A stretch of DNA of 63,478 bases, filler included, from Octopus bimaculoides (lineage: Eukaryota), in the NCBI RefSeq assembly GCF_001194135.2. It is 4 parts of 4 records of this genome, joined end to end, with 100 filler letters (N's around TTAATTAATTAA, not from the genome) between each part and the next. Parts side by side here need not be neighbours in the genome. Positions count along the whole stretch, not along the records: positions 26,854 to 57,307 come from NC_069009.1; 3 more parts are not named here. One strand, given 5' to 3'. Positions within the stretch are counted from its first letter, which is position 1. Every line of letters starts with the position of its first letter. The notes beneath the pieces are model-generated. The model was not told the origin of the DNA, did no database searches, and worked only from the letters and a program-made list of their open reading frames with translations. The translations under genes and the position numbers were made by a program. This document shows, in pieces, positions 28,390 through 41,154 of the stretch.

Positions 28390-28700
28390 TTTGAGAGGGT
28401 AGTGGATATTGGAGGATCATTTTCCTGTCGTGTTTTCTGTCCGCCACTACCCTCCACGAAAACAATTTGAGTTGTGTTCGTGGGAAGAACCATTTTAATG
28501 ATGCGTACTGCCTTAATTCTTCGAAGCGCCGGAGTTTTAATGGTGGCAGCTGATGAAGAGGATGTTTCTATGTGGCCTGCTTGTTTGTTGCACCTTGTTT
28601 GCCATTTTGTCCTTGTTCTTTTGCCACGTCATGTACCCAGTTATGTATCTATATGTACATGTAGATGAACGTATATACATACATGTACATATATATGCAT
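28390..28700. mobile_element. Dispersed PLE-like terminal repeat, related to 60540-60820
   Basis: Shared TCTGTCCGCCACTAC..CGTGGGAAGA.CCATTTTAA.GATGCGT..CTTCGAA.CGCC..GCAGCTGATGAAG..CTATGTGGCCTG. Confidence 0.5.
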
Positions 28701-28740
28701 ATACTCATATTGTTTATATATATATATATATACATACATA

Positions 28741-28860
28741 TGACAGGCTTCTTTTAGTTTCTGTCTACCAAATCCTGTCACAAGACTTTGGTCAGCCCAA
28801 GGCTATGGTAGAAGAAACTTGCCCAAGGTACCATACAGTAGAACTGAACCTGAAATCATG
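28741..28860 (-). mobile_element. SINE family A, 5' half
   Basis: Reverse complement of the head and CORE-like segment. Confidence 0.7.
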
Positions 28861-29140
28861 CATACATACATGCACACACACTAGGGTGCAGTGCAGAAGG
28901 TTACCAACCCAGTACCTTATCAAATCCTCGTCCTCTTCCTTGGGACCTTACCTTGATTACGACGATATTTTTGGCTGTCATGTAATCAGCAATGTTGTGA
29001 TCAACAATCAATCGTAGAAGACTGTTCAATAAAGTCAAATTGATTTTCTTATACATTTTCACAAATTTAGACTCCAGCAGCACATTACATTCACTTTCTG
29101 CTGTGTCCCAGACATCTTGGAGGTTGTTCATACCCTGACA

Positions 29141-29180
<40 letters not shown>

Positions 29181-31422
29181 GTTAGAAGAGTTAGATGCTG
29201 GAATAACTGTCTAAGGGATAAAAATATCTGTTTTACTACTGGTATAATTAAAAAATAATAATCGATGCTAGTTAATTGTTGTTGATCAAGATTTCTCCAT
29301 TTTCTGCTTAATTTAAATTTATACATATATATCTTATATATATAAAAGATAGTTTGTGTTAGTGTGTGTGTGCGTATAGTTTCACACTTTCAATTTGAAC
29401 CAAAATTACAAAGTGTTGCATTACGAGAGTGATGATGTGTGAATAATGAAGGTAATGTTTCTCCGAATTAGTCATATCTGTATTGTAATAAAGAAAACTG
29501 CTTATCTATCTACCAAATAAACTATGCTTTTGACTCAACAACGCTTTTTTACAACTAAAATAACTTCGGCAATTAGGTTGAGTCACACAATTTTCAGGTC
29601 ATATTTGGACAATTTTTCGATTAGCTTCCAATGTTTCACGCATGCATAGAATTCTACTCAGACAAACATTTATGAAAATGTATACATATTGTATTAAAAT
29701 AAGCCATTACCAAAAAAATTACATTAAAAGACATCCATTTTTCTAAATGTTTTGAGGAAATACAGTCATACACACATAGTCTCTCTCTCTCTCTCTCTCT
29801 CATGCACAGAAATGATGTATGCATATGTATTTATGGGCGAAGGTAAAGAATATGCACTCTCGGTGTTAAGGGTCAGGGTTGCACAGAGAACAGGTGGTGT
29901 ACATATCCTTTACCTTTGCTATGTACGTGTGTATGAAAGATAATGTATGTGTGTGTGTGTGAGAGAGAGAGAGTGCGAGTGTCACTTACACATACATGCA
30001 AAAAAATTCATACATCACAACACACATCTTCACTCACTCACTTTCTCTTTCTCTCACATGTCCATTTCATATACATGTACATCTTACACTTTCTTCTCTC
30101 ACTTCAAAGCAAATGTCACCTTTTCACTTTATCCTCTCTTTCAATATCTGCTCTCTTCAGAGATTAAGTCAATTTTATGGAAATTAACTAACAATCATAT
30201 GATCCCATATATGTCGAGTTGACAACTTTGCTTCTTCAAATGAAAGAATGCCATAAAATATCTTCCTTTGACACACCTACACACACTCTAGGTAAAACTT
30301 CTGTGCAAATTATGTTATTTCTTGCAGTGTGCATGCACAAAATTAAAGCTCAAATCCAATTGAAATGATCCTTTTCTATTGTGTAATTTGTGTTTATGAT
30401 GAGTGCATTTAAAAACTTGATCTTCAATATAAACTTAAAAGAAAGTTTTCCCAGAAATCCTGTCCTTTATCTCTTCTTTCCAGCATGTCCGAGATGACAT
30501 TTCCGTCCCCCACTTATTATTATTTTTTTTCCTAAATTTCTTCCGATTCCTATGTTTGCGAAACAGAAGATTAGGATTTCACCCACAAAATACGTTTTCA
30601 ATATTTTCATTTTCTCCCTCTCCACACCAAATTCACTTTTTTTTACTTTTTTTAAGTTTTTATTCTTGGAGGAAAAAACAGAGTACAAATTTTTAAGAAT
30701 TTCACCTATCACCTCACCACTTTCAAAAAGATACACACTCCAACTTTTAGCTTTTTGGAAAACGGGGAAGTTGCTTCAGAAATAATGTCGTTTATCTGTT
30801 GTTTCTAGCATGTTGGGTTTTCTGGTGATGGTCTGGTATTTTTAAAGTCTACTATTTCAGTAGAATTCTACGCATGCAGGAAACATCAGCCAAAAGTGAA
30901 AGATTGGGAGATTTTAGTGCCAGATTTTTATTTTACTGCCAGATATCCTTTCTGTCGCCAACCCTTGCTTGTTTTTGAAATAAGTGATTTTTCTTTTATT
31001 CCTCAAGTCGTAGTGAAAACAAAATGACAGGGGGTATTGTTTGCAACAGAATGTGTGACCCTTTTGCACACACAATGTCAAGCAAAGGAACACATGAAAT
31101 GTAAGCAACAGCTGTTGCAAGACATTTGTTAGCTTGTGGTTACAGTAGGATCATATGCTGTGAGTGATGGTGGAATACAAATTTTATATACATCATTGCA
31201 AAGTGAACTTTGTAACTTTACAGTGATGCCTTTACACAAACATGTGTGCTTGCGTAAGCACACGGTGCAAATAAAGGTGGAGGAGTGACCACCAAATATC
31301 AAAAGTGGAGTAAAATACAATGTCTTATGAGAAACGCATACAGGTAGTTAATAAATAGTTAACTAATTTATAAGTATTTTAAAATTGGTAGTTACTTTTC
31401 AATCACCCTGTGTGTGTGTATG

Positions 31423-31467
<45 letters not shown>

Positions 31468-31473
31468 ATTTAA

Positions 31474-31625
31474 GCACCTCCCCCATATAACCCCACCTCA
31501 TAACTTGTTTATTTTCTGGAATTTTCAGAAAATTTGTTTTTCATAATTGTATGAATTTCTGTGTGTAGAACACAAATTTGCAAAAAAATTTCTGAAAATT
31601 CCAAGATATAAAAGTTATGGGGTGC
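31474..31625. mobile_element. 152-bp fold-back MITE flanked by TTAA
   Basis: TTAA|GCACC...GGTGC|TTAA termini, with internal inverted blocks CATAACTT and GGAATTTTCAGAAA. Confidence 0.6.
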
Positions 31626-31654
31626 TTAAACCAGATGTCCAACAATAATTTTAG

Positions 31655-31992
31655 GTACAGGTGTGGCTGTGTGGTAAGAAGCTTGCTTCCCAACCACATG
31701 GTTCTGGGTTCTGTCTTACTCTGTGACACCTTGGGCAAATGTCTTCTACTATAGTCTTGGGCCGACCAAAGCATTGTGAGTGGATTTGGTAGACAGAAAC
31801 TGAAAGAAGCCTGTCATCTATATATATATATGCATATGTTTGAAACTGAAAGAAGCCTGTTGTAGATATATATATATGTATGTGTTTATGTGTGTTTGTC
31901 CCCCTACCGTCGCTTGACAACTGAAGGTGTGTTTATGTCCCCAAAATTTAGCAGTTTGGCAAAAGAGACCGATGGAATAAGTACCAGGCTTA
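31655..31992 (+). mobile_element. SINE family A ending about 50 nt upstream of exon B
   Basis: Full head and body; internal duplication of GAAACTGAAAGAAGCCTGT. Confidence 0.8.
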
Positions 31993-32042
31993 TATATGTG
32001 TTTCTTTATATTGAATTAATATTTTGAGATGTATTTTTTCAG

Positions 32043-32137
32043 ATTCGTGTGTTTGAATCCAAAAGAAGCAAGATACACAAAATCTATGGACGTGGCACTT
32101 TGTTGAGCAGTGACTACAGCACTGAGAGGCTTATAGC
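32043..32137 (+). CDS. USP19: USP19-like exon B (IRVFESKRSKIHKIYGRGTLLSSDYSTERLI-A), phase 0-2
   Basis: TTTTTTCAG acceptor, GTGAGT donor, 95 nt. Resembles USP19 LRLAEVIKNRFHRVFLPSHSLDTVSPSDTLLC. Confidence 0.8.
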
Positions 32138-33356
32138 GTGAGTAGATATTAACTTGTTCTTTCACTTGTCTTACTTTCATTTGCTCATGCCAGCATGTGT
32201 TGGCTGAATACTTATTATTGAAGCATTTTTTTTACTGCGGGATGCTCTTCCTGATGCAAATACCTTTTTTTTTTTTTTTGGAGTAAGGGATTTTGTATTT
32301 CACTTTGTCTTCAAAAACGCTGAGCTAGAGAAAGGTTTTTTTAGCAGGGAATGTTAACAAAGTTACACTGACAATGTTTTGCTCAAGCAATTTATAAGAA
32401 TAATCAGAATATAAATCTTTACAAACACACACACACACATGCACCCGTATATAAATGCACATATAATAAGCAATAAGTAGAAAAATTGTGATTAAAAAAT
32501 CCAGGCAGATATCAATAAGTTTTAAATGAATTTGATTTACTATATCCCACAATCAGATACCAGTAAATGCAAGTAGAATACATCCAAGGTAATTCCTCAT
32601 CCTCATGTATGATAAGTAGATCCAAATAACATTTAGAAGAATTTTGAGAAATTCAGACTATTAGACAATAAAAATATGTATAGAAAAAAATCACATCTTT
32701 ATTGCTGGAATCACCCTACAAACCTGACAATTGTTTCTGTTGTATTAACATAATTAGATATAGAAAATATCAGTACATGAATGTATACAAAAAGAGCAAT
32801 AAGAAGAAATCAAATCTAAGGGAAGTTATTTCTGTATTTAACTCATGAAGTCAGTGGATAATGAATGAATAAAAAATAAACATAGGAATTCTACATTATG
32901 GCAATTAGAAACATAGAAATTCTATGTCATGACAGTTACCTATTTATTAAATATAGTAAACTTTTTTTAGAAAAATTATGCTTATTGTATAACACATGAA
33001 AATCAATTATAATTAAGAAATGAAATATGTAAATGCCTTCTGAAATTTGTTACAACATTTCATTGTAAAATTGCCATTAAAATTTAATAAAATTAATTCA
33101 GAAGTAATTTACATAATACATTTCTTCAAAGGAAAGATCATATGTAATATTACCTATATTGTGTTTAGGTATGTAACTGATAATGGACCACTTTAAACCA
33201 TACTTAATGCATTTACTAAGATTTGCAGAATTAACTTTTCTTTTATACTTAAATGAATGATTATGATTATGAAATCTAGATTTCCAAATTGTGAACCTAT
33301 GTAATAATATGAGCCTATGTAATAATGCTTATGATCTCCTGTTATTACCTTATATT

Positions 33357-33942
33357 AAGACCTGTTGAGGCAAGTGAAATCGAAATCGAACTAAATTTGT
33401 AGACTGGCACCCATGCCAATGTCTCTTCATTGAACACTAAACTTGGCTTGTGAAGATCTGTTGGGGCAAGCGAAAGCGAAATTGTGATGGCACCTGTACC
33501 AGTAGAACACTAAGAGCACTGTCCGAGTGTGATCATTGCCAGAGCACCAGCTGTCTGGCTTCTGTGCTGGTGGCACGTAAATAGCACCATTTGAGCATGA
33601 TCGTTACCAACGTCACCTTCCTGGCACTTGTGCCAGTGGCACGTGAAAAGACATTCAAGTGAGTTCATTGCCAGTACCGCTGGACTGGCTCCTGTGCAGG
33701 TGGCATGTAAAATACACCATTTCGAGCGTGGCCGTTGCCAGTACCTCCGGAGTGGCCTTTGTGCCGGTGGCACATAAAAGCACCCACTACACTCTCGGAG
33801 TGGTTGGCGTTAGGAAGGGCATCCAGCTGTAGAAACTCTGCCAAATCAGATTGGAGACTGGTGTAGCCATCCGGTTCACCAGTCCTCAGTCAAATCGTCC
33901 AACCCATGCTAGCATGGAAAGCAGACGTTAAACGATGATGAT
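33357..33942 (+). mobile_element. RTE LINE 3' UTR with ~60-nt subrepeats and (GAT)n tail
   Basis: Repeated GTGCYGGTGGCACGTAAA units, GGTTGGCGTTAGGAAGGGCATCCAGCTGTAGAAA, CCATGCTAGCATGG and the tail. Confidence 0.75.
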
Positions 33943-34597
33943 TTCCTGAAACACTGATTTTCTGAAGACAGACGATTTTGTTTTTATAATTACACAGGCA
34001 TTTATTCACTTGTAGTTGGTACTCATGGTTAAAAGAATTCCTACTTGTCCTCATCTCAGAATTAGGTATTAAAGCAGGATTATTATTATTATAATTAATA
34101 TTAAAACTAGATGTTACCTTAACAGAGTTGGTGTTACTTTTACTTAAAGAATCAAAATTTAGTTCAGGAAAATTATCATTAGAATTAATTTCAAGATACA
34201 ATTTATCGATTTTACTCTTGTTTACAGATTTTGAGTTGAGATAGTCCCTAAATCTCTGTTTATTATGTGCTGCTATAATTGCAGCTATATTTCTAGTGGT
34301 TGAATATGAACATTTTACACTATGCTGATTGAATAGTTTCTCATGTTTACTTGAAGACAGGAAATATTTACCTAGTGCAGCATAGAATTTTCGAGGAGTA
34401 TTGCTAGCTATTGAGTATATAAATGGTGCATCATATCATATAGTATTTCTTGATTCTTTCTATTATTTATTTATACACATTTCTTAGTATTAACATTATT
34501 AATATTGGTTTTTTTCCTACCATAATTTTTATTCCTAAGTTTATAAATATTACATCTTGTGTACTGTTTCGTTATTGGTAGGATCAACAAAATACAA

Positions 34598-34971
34598 TGC
34601 GTGGCTGTTTGGTAAGAAGTTTGTTTCTCAAATACGCGGTTCCAGGTTTAGTTATACTGTGAGGCACTTTGGCCAATGTCTTCTACTATAGCATCGTGTT
34701 GACCAAAGCCGTGTGAGTAGATTTGGTAGATAGAAACTGAAAGAAACACATCATATATGTGTGTCTGGGCTTATCCCCCACCACTGCTTGACAACTGGTG
34801 TTGGTGTGTTTATATCCCTGTAACTTAGTGGTTTGGTGAAAGAGATCAGTTGAATAAGTACCACATTTTAAATATATAAGTCCTGGGTTTAATTCATTGG
34901 ACTAAAAATTCTTCAAGGCAATGTCCCAGCATGGCTATGGTCAATTGAATGAAACAGTCAAAGATGAAAGA
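34598..34971 (+). mobile_element. SINE family A, near full length
   Basis: Collinear with 7243-7617. Confidence 0.75.
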
Positions 34972-35120
34972 CATCCAGCGAGTGATAAATATCATTTAAT
35001 GTATGCAAGAGTTATTTGTGAGCAACTTTTAAGTTTCATGCTCAGACAGTGCAGTAATTGGGCAGGCTTGTATAAAATGCTCTATACTGTACTGTAATTG
35101 TTTGAGTTTAAATGTATGTT

Positions 35121-35163
<43 letters not shown>

Positions 35164-35609
35164 TTGCTTAAAAGAGTTCCAACACTGTCTGTTTTTTATG
35201 TTTTATTTATATTCCTGCAGAACTAATGTGGGGTATAGAATATGGAATATACAATATATAATATAATATACAATATATAATATAAAATAAAATAAAATAA
35301 AAATGGATGGCACCATGAAATAAAGTATTGAATGTAGATGAAATATTGAGTGTTCAATATAAAGGATCAAATATATAAATATATAAATATAAATATATAT
35401 ATATAAAGGCGACTCGAGTTTCAGGGCTATTTCCCTTCGTCATGGCCGGTATGACAGTCTTTAACAGACTGTAATAAGTTGGCTGGTTTTCTGTCTTTTA
35501 TACCAATTCCTTTGGATGGCAGCAGTAGGTGTCTGGCTATTTTTAGAATTGATGTTAAATCTATTTTTAGACATGATGATATTTTAATTTATTGTTTTGT
35601 GTGGGTTGT

Positions 35610-35644
<35 letters not shown>

Positions 35645-35646
<2 letters not shown>

Positions 35647-36810
35647 GGTTGTTCCATAAAATGTGCTCAATTTGAAAGATGAATAATTAAAATGAATTCT
35701 TATAAACATGGTTATGTTCTGCTAATGAGTTATGTCTCCTGTTTAGGTATAGAACACAATGTCGGTCATATGTCCACCTGTACTGAGTCTGTATACATTT
35801 ATGCGCTCCTTGAAATTTCCCATAACTGTCTCACAGATGTGTGGTCCAATGCCTCCAATCACACACTTGATTTCAGCCTTGAGTTCAAGAATTGTATGTG
35901 GTTTCTTAATATATACCTATGATTTCACATACACCAATAAGAAGAAGTCACAAGAGGTAAGACTGCAGGACCTTGGTGGCCATTGCTGGTCACCATGCAA
36001 GGGTATCAATCATTGTGGAAATTTTTTTGTGCATTAATGTGAGCTTTAGGTGAAAAGTGTAGCAGGTCACTCCATCCTGCTAAAACCAGAGGTGGTCAAT
36101 CTCTGTATCTTCCAAGTTCAGGCATAACTGAGTGGATATTCTCTATTAATGGTAACTGTATTCCCCTCATCATTTTCAAAGAAGAATGGTCCAAGTGCTC
36201 CACCTGCCCAAAAACCACACCACAGAGTCGCTTTCGGTGGATGCATTTCATACTCTTGCATTATTTGAGGATTTTCATTTCCCCAAATCCGGCAGTTCTG
36301 TTTATTGACAAATCAACTCAAGTGGAAGTGGGCCTTGTCACTGAAGGTGATTTTCTTTCCAAAATTTTCGTCATCTGAAGATGCTGTGTAAGTTGAATTT
36401 TGTACACATGCATATGGAGATCTTTATGCAAAATTTGATGTAATGAAGTGGTTGGGATGCCCACCTGCTCTGAACGTTGGTGAGTTGATTTTCCCAGACT
36501 CAGAGTGACACTGTCTTTCACAACAGCAATTTGTTGCTCTATCCAATGAGAACGGTACTGCCCAGGTGATTTGGCCGTTGCAACTGAACCTGTTGTTTTA
36601 AACTTCGCTATTAGTCTGCAAACTGTAGATTCATTGGGTGCTTCATTTCTCCCCAAAATGGTACAAAGTGTTTGAGCTGTTTATGTTGCACTTTCTCCAT
36701 TTTGGTAAAATGTCTTCACGATGAAAATGTGTCTTGTAAACTGCTCCATGACACACTGCACACTATTCAAAGCACAAAAGTGTCACCCAATTCAGTGCTC
36801 TTTATGAAAC

Positions 36811-36816
<6 letters not shown>
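35645..36816 (-). mobile_element. Degenerate Tc1/mariner-superfamily element of the DD41D (rosa-type) group with both TIRs
   Basis: TIRs CAGGTTGTTCCATAAA and TTTATGAAACACCCTA. Peptides FSDKAHFHLS, VNKQNCRIWG, WCGFWAGG and QDGVTC..WPPRSCSLTSCDFF. I count 41 residues between the second and third D after correcting one +1 frameshift in a poly-A run. Confidence 0.8.
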
Positions 36817-36879
<63 letters not shown>

Positions 36880-37089
36880 AATTCAAATAAATGAGTAAAA
36901 TTAATGGACAACAAGAGAACATAAACAAGGAATGTATTAACTTGACACATAGCTCTTCGTTGGAAAGGAGAAAGGGTAAAGTCCAAAGAAGGAAAAGAAA
37001 TCGCTAACAGCACATGTATAGTTACATTGCTGAAGCAGATACATATATATTCGCTCTTTAACTTGTTTCAACTTTAAAGGTGTGGTCAC

Positions 37090-38130
37090 ACTACCATTGG
37101 CTGTTCTACACTTTCATTATTTGAAGTCTCTCTCTTATGAATGAAGAAGTTTGATGCTGCTGCCCTCATCTGTGTCTCCTGCCGTGAGGTAGGCTCATCT
37201 GGAACCCTTGATGGAAGATCCAGTTTTTGTTTTGAAGACACCTACATCCACACTATGCAGGTCTCTCAGGCATTTTGGAAAGATATTGAAGAGATGTAAG
37301 TCCTTGAAACCCAAGCTGTTGCAGTATCTGGTCATGTATTTTGACGGCGATGTTGGGATGTTTGGCACTATACAGTGGCATTCCATTTTGCTGTTTGTGT
37401 AACTTTCAATACCAAAGTTTGGTAGAAGTCCTTCCAAGATTTTTCAGATGTATATCACTGCATATCTTTCCCGCCTTCATTCTGGGGAGAAGAATCTTAA
37501 CTCCTCCAGCTTTTCCCAGTAGCCGATACGTTGCATTGAGATAATTTTCTTTGTGTAGCTTTGTTGGACTGCTTTGAGTTCCGCCATGGATTTTATATTG
37601 TGTGGTGACCATAGTTGGGAGCAGCAGTCCAAGTGGCTGAGAACGTATATCCTCCAAAGGACTATCATAGTTTCCTTTTCTCTTATTCTGAAAGTTCAGA
37701 GGATCCATCCAGCTAGCTGTCTGCATTTTATTGCCAAATTAGTAATATGCACCTGGAAAGATACATCATTATTCATGTCAATGCCCAGATATGCATAGAT
37801 TTTGATTCAGGGATTGCAATTCCTCCTAGACCAATGTATCTTATCTGCATGTTGTTTAGCTTTGTGTGCTGGTAGTGCAGGGCTTAGAATTTTCCAGCAT
37901 TAAACTGGATGTTATTGTCCTCAACCCACCTGTTTATTGTGTCCAACCCCCATTATACATGCACAATATTTCCCGGGTTCTGAATTGTCTGAGATACTTT
38001 TGTGTCATCTGCATAGCTCCCTCACAGGTGGGAAATTATACAATTAACTTCAGTGCATCTCACAGTGCAGATGTATCTTGTCAGGTGATATAATAATGTA
38101 TCTCAGTACATAAATAATGCTTTGTTTGGA
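37090..38130 (-). mobile_element. CR1/L2-group (Crack/Daphne-like) LINE, 3' part of ORF2
   Basis: SHLDCCSQLWSP..ELKAVQQSYTKKI..YWEKLEEL..RRERY..LEGLLPNFGI matches the C-terminal RT-thumb region of this group. Confidence 0.65.
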
Positions 38131-38477
38131 TTCACTTGAACATGTTGTTAGTGGTTGTGGCTTAAATACATTGAGAAGAAAAGGCTTTGACAGGTTTAGT
38201 TGTAAAGTTATAGATTCAAGCAGGAATTAAGACAAATAAGAAAAATATAAAGAATAAGGAAAATAAAGCATACAATAAACTAAAATAAAGTAAACCATTA
38301 AGTGGTTAGTCGTTTGCACACACACACACACACACATACACACACACACCTGCTGTCACATATTCATAGATAAACATATGGCAATAAATCTTTTGATAAC
38401 TATCCAGCCATCTTAGTATGATGCTGGCGGGCCAGACAACATGCTTAAAGGATGATACAGTCATAACTCTTAATGGC

Positions 38478-38509
<32 letters not shown>

Positions 38510-38749
38510 TATATATATATATAGGCTATATATATTTATATACACACACATGTAGACGCATCTACGCCGCTCACATACATGCACAGACTTATCCATTTAT
38601 ATATACACATCTATACACATCTATACATATATAGATGTGTATATACTATGGGAACTTACATACTGTCATAGATGCACACATAAAGACATAGACACTCATT
38701 CGTTTGCTCATATGTTAATCATTGTATGGATTTGTTCTATACGGGTGTG

Positions 38750-38915
38750 TGGCATGTAAAGAAGCACCCAGCACACTCTGTAAAGTGGTTGGCGTTAGGA
38801 AGGGCATTCAGCTGTAGAAACATTGCCAGATCAGATTGGAGCCTGGTGCACCTGCTGGCTCTCCAGACCTCGGTCAAACCGTCTAACCCATGCTGGCATG
38901 GATGACGATGATGAT
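38750..38915 (+). mobile_element. RTE 3' UTR fragment
   Basis: GGTTGGCGTTAGGAAGGGCATTCAGCTGTAGAAA..CCATGCTGGCATGG..(GAT)n. Confidence 0.75.
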
Positions 38916-39957
38916 GGTGTGTGTGTATGTATATATTTATGTACATCTAAAAATGTGTGTGTGTGTGTGTGTATGTGGGGGTGGGAAGTGTGCATGTCTC
39001 TATGTATGAACGTTTACATTGGAAATGTAGTCATACCAGTGAAAGTCTATTTGGGTGTGGTGTGTGCCTCTCTACACTTGCATATACACATGGAGCCATA
39101 CATGCAGCGACGAATGTGTGCATAGCCACATCCAGTAGGGGCAACAAAAGGTTTTCGGTTAACTACAATGTGTACCCCTCACCCAACTTTGTTGCCTCAT
39201 AACTTCCCAAAAATGAATACTTTTTAATGAAATTTTCAACAAATCCCACTCAGATGCTGTAGATTCAGAGTATAATAGGGATTTATGGGAAAGAATTTTT
39301 CTGAGAAGTGCGAAGAGGAGTTTTGGAAAATTCACATAACCCGATGTTTTTCTCTCATGACTTTCAGGAAAATTAGTATTTCTTAATGAAATTTTATATA
39401 AATACCTTTCAAACTGCATAGATTACGATTAGAAAGAAATTTTTGGGAAAATGTTTTCCGAGGGGGCAGAGAGAGGAGTTTCGAATCAAGTTAATTTTTT
39501 TCACTCCATCTCCACCATTCCCCTCCAGACTGATTTTGGTCAATTCTTTTTGGCACTTAAAAACTATAGGAGGATTCTTTTCAGCTTTCTCACTCTCACA
39601 TGTATTTATGTTTTGCAATATTTTTCTTCCTGCTATTTGCATTTTTGTTAAATTATAGTATTTATAGTACATTTCAGTTTCCCCCTAACTTTTATTTAGT
39701 TACCTTGTACTACACATAAGCCAAAGTCTGTGTGATGTTTGCTTCATTTATGGACTGAAATACTAGAGATTATAGATCAGACGTTTTCATGCACCCATGA
39801 TGATATTGGCTGCAAGGAAACAGCGCTATTGTTTACATGAAAGTTAACAGCCATTTCTTATATATGTTCAATATAATCTAAGTGAATAACTTTCAATATT
39901 CATAGTTCAATTTTTGCAGTGATTTTTCAACCTAGTCAATGATGGGTGTTTCTGCTA

Positions 39958-39998
<41 letters not shown>

Positions 39999-40429
39999 TG
40001 TATGTTGGGATATATAGGTGTATGATGGCCAAATAGCCATCAAAAATTATGACCATATCATCCTTTAAGCATACTGTCTGGCCCACTAGCGTCTCACTAG
40101 AATGGCTGGATAGCTGTCAAAAGATTTGTTGGCATATGTGTATCTACAAATATGTAACAGCAGGTGTGAGTGTGTGCAAATGACTAACAGTATGATGCGT
40201 ACTGACACACTTAAGGGTTTACTTTATTTTAGTTTATTGTCTGCTGTATTTTCCTTATTCTTTGTATTTTTCTTATTTACCTTAATTCCTGCTTGTACCT
40301 TTAACTTCACAACTAAACCTGTTCCTAGCCTTTTCTTCTACCACCACTAACAACATGCTCTAAACAAACAAAACTTGTTTCTGTAACAAGATACATTATT
40401 ACACCAACTGAGTTGATAAATAAAAGAAG

Positions 40430-40877
40430 AATAAAATTGATTTTTGATTATTGCCAAAGAAAAAAAGATGTAAAGGAAATACGAAAGATGCAATGAAATA
40501 TTTCGAAGTAGGAGATAACGTGCATTTCGAAACCTACAGAAATGGTAAAGAAGGCTGTGAGGGTGGCCTTGTAACCAAAACGATAGGAAGTATGATGTAA
40601 TCAAATTAAAGGACCATGCTGGGAACATAAGAGACACATAAATCAACAAAAAAGAAAAGACATGCCAAAGAGTGGAGAGGAATTCCTATGGAAGTATTGT
40701 TTGATGTATTTGATGTCCCAGCACTGAAAGTAATGGAGTCCCATAGAACCAGCAGGAGAAAACGGAAACCGACTGAACACCTTGAGATAAGGGCCAAGCA
40801 AAAAAGATACTAAAAAATAATAATAATAAATAAAAAAAATTTTATTCCTTCGGAATTCAAAATCTCAAAAGGTGAGA
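40430..40877 (+). mobile_element. Gypsy-type LTR retrotransposon: integrase C-terminal relic and polypurine tract
   Basis: YFEVGDNV....YRNGKE...G.VTKTIGSMM and HKRHINQ; purine run AAAAGGTGAGA immediately before TG. Confidence 0.55.
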
Positions 40878-41134
40878 TGTTGTGGCAAGAATACAGGACC
40901 CTCTGACAAGAATACATGGGACCACTACATATAAATAGTAATGGTCTGATGTAGTCGGCAGTTTATAGTTTGGTCTTCAAAGTCCAGGTACAGTTTATAG
41001 TTTGAGTTAGTGTATTGGAAATATTGATTGTTGGTTTGTTATGCATTTGTCACTGCTGCTGTTTCTATTTTATGTTGTTATAACACTGTTACAGTGTACT
41101 CTTTATCTTCGACAGTATCAACTGTACTACAATA
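40878..41134 (+). mobile_element. Putative 3' LTR of the Gypsy relic
   Basis: Starts TGTTGTGG right after the PPT and ends CTACAATA (imperfect inverted terminus); internal TATAAATA. Confidence 0.5.
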
Positions 41135-41154
41135 TTGGAGGCGTAAGGATATAA

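Noticed and set aside
33357-33800. Regularly spaced ~60-nt repeats superficially like a CRISPR array
   Set aside because: The repeats are degenerate, the spacers are related to each other, the context is an RTE 3' UTR in a eukaryote, and there are no cas genes.
34228-34250. TTTACAG acceptor-like site as a candidate for the exon after B
   Set aside because: The required phase-2 frame hits TGA immediately; exon C at 46713 fits instead.
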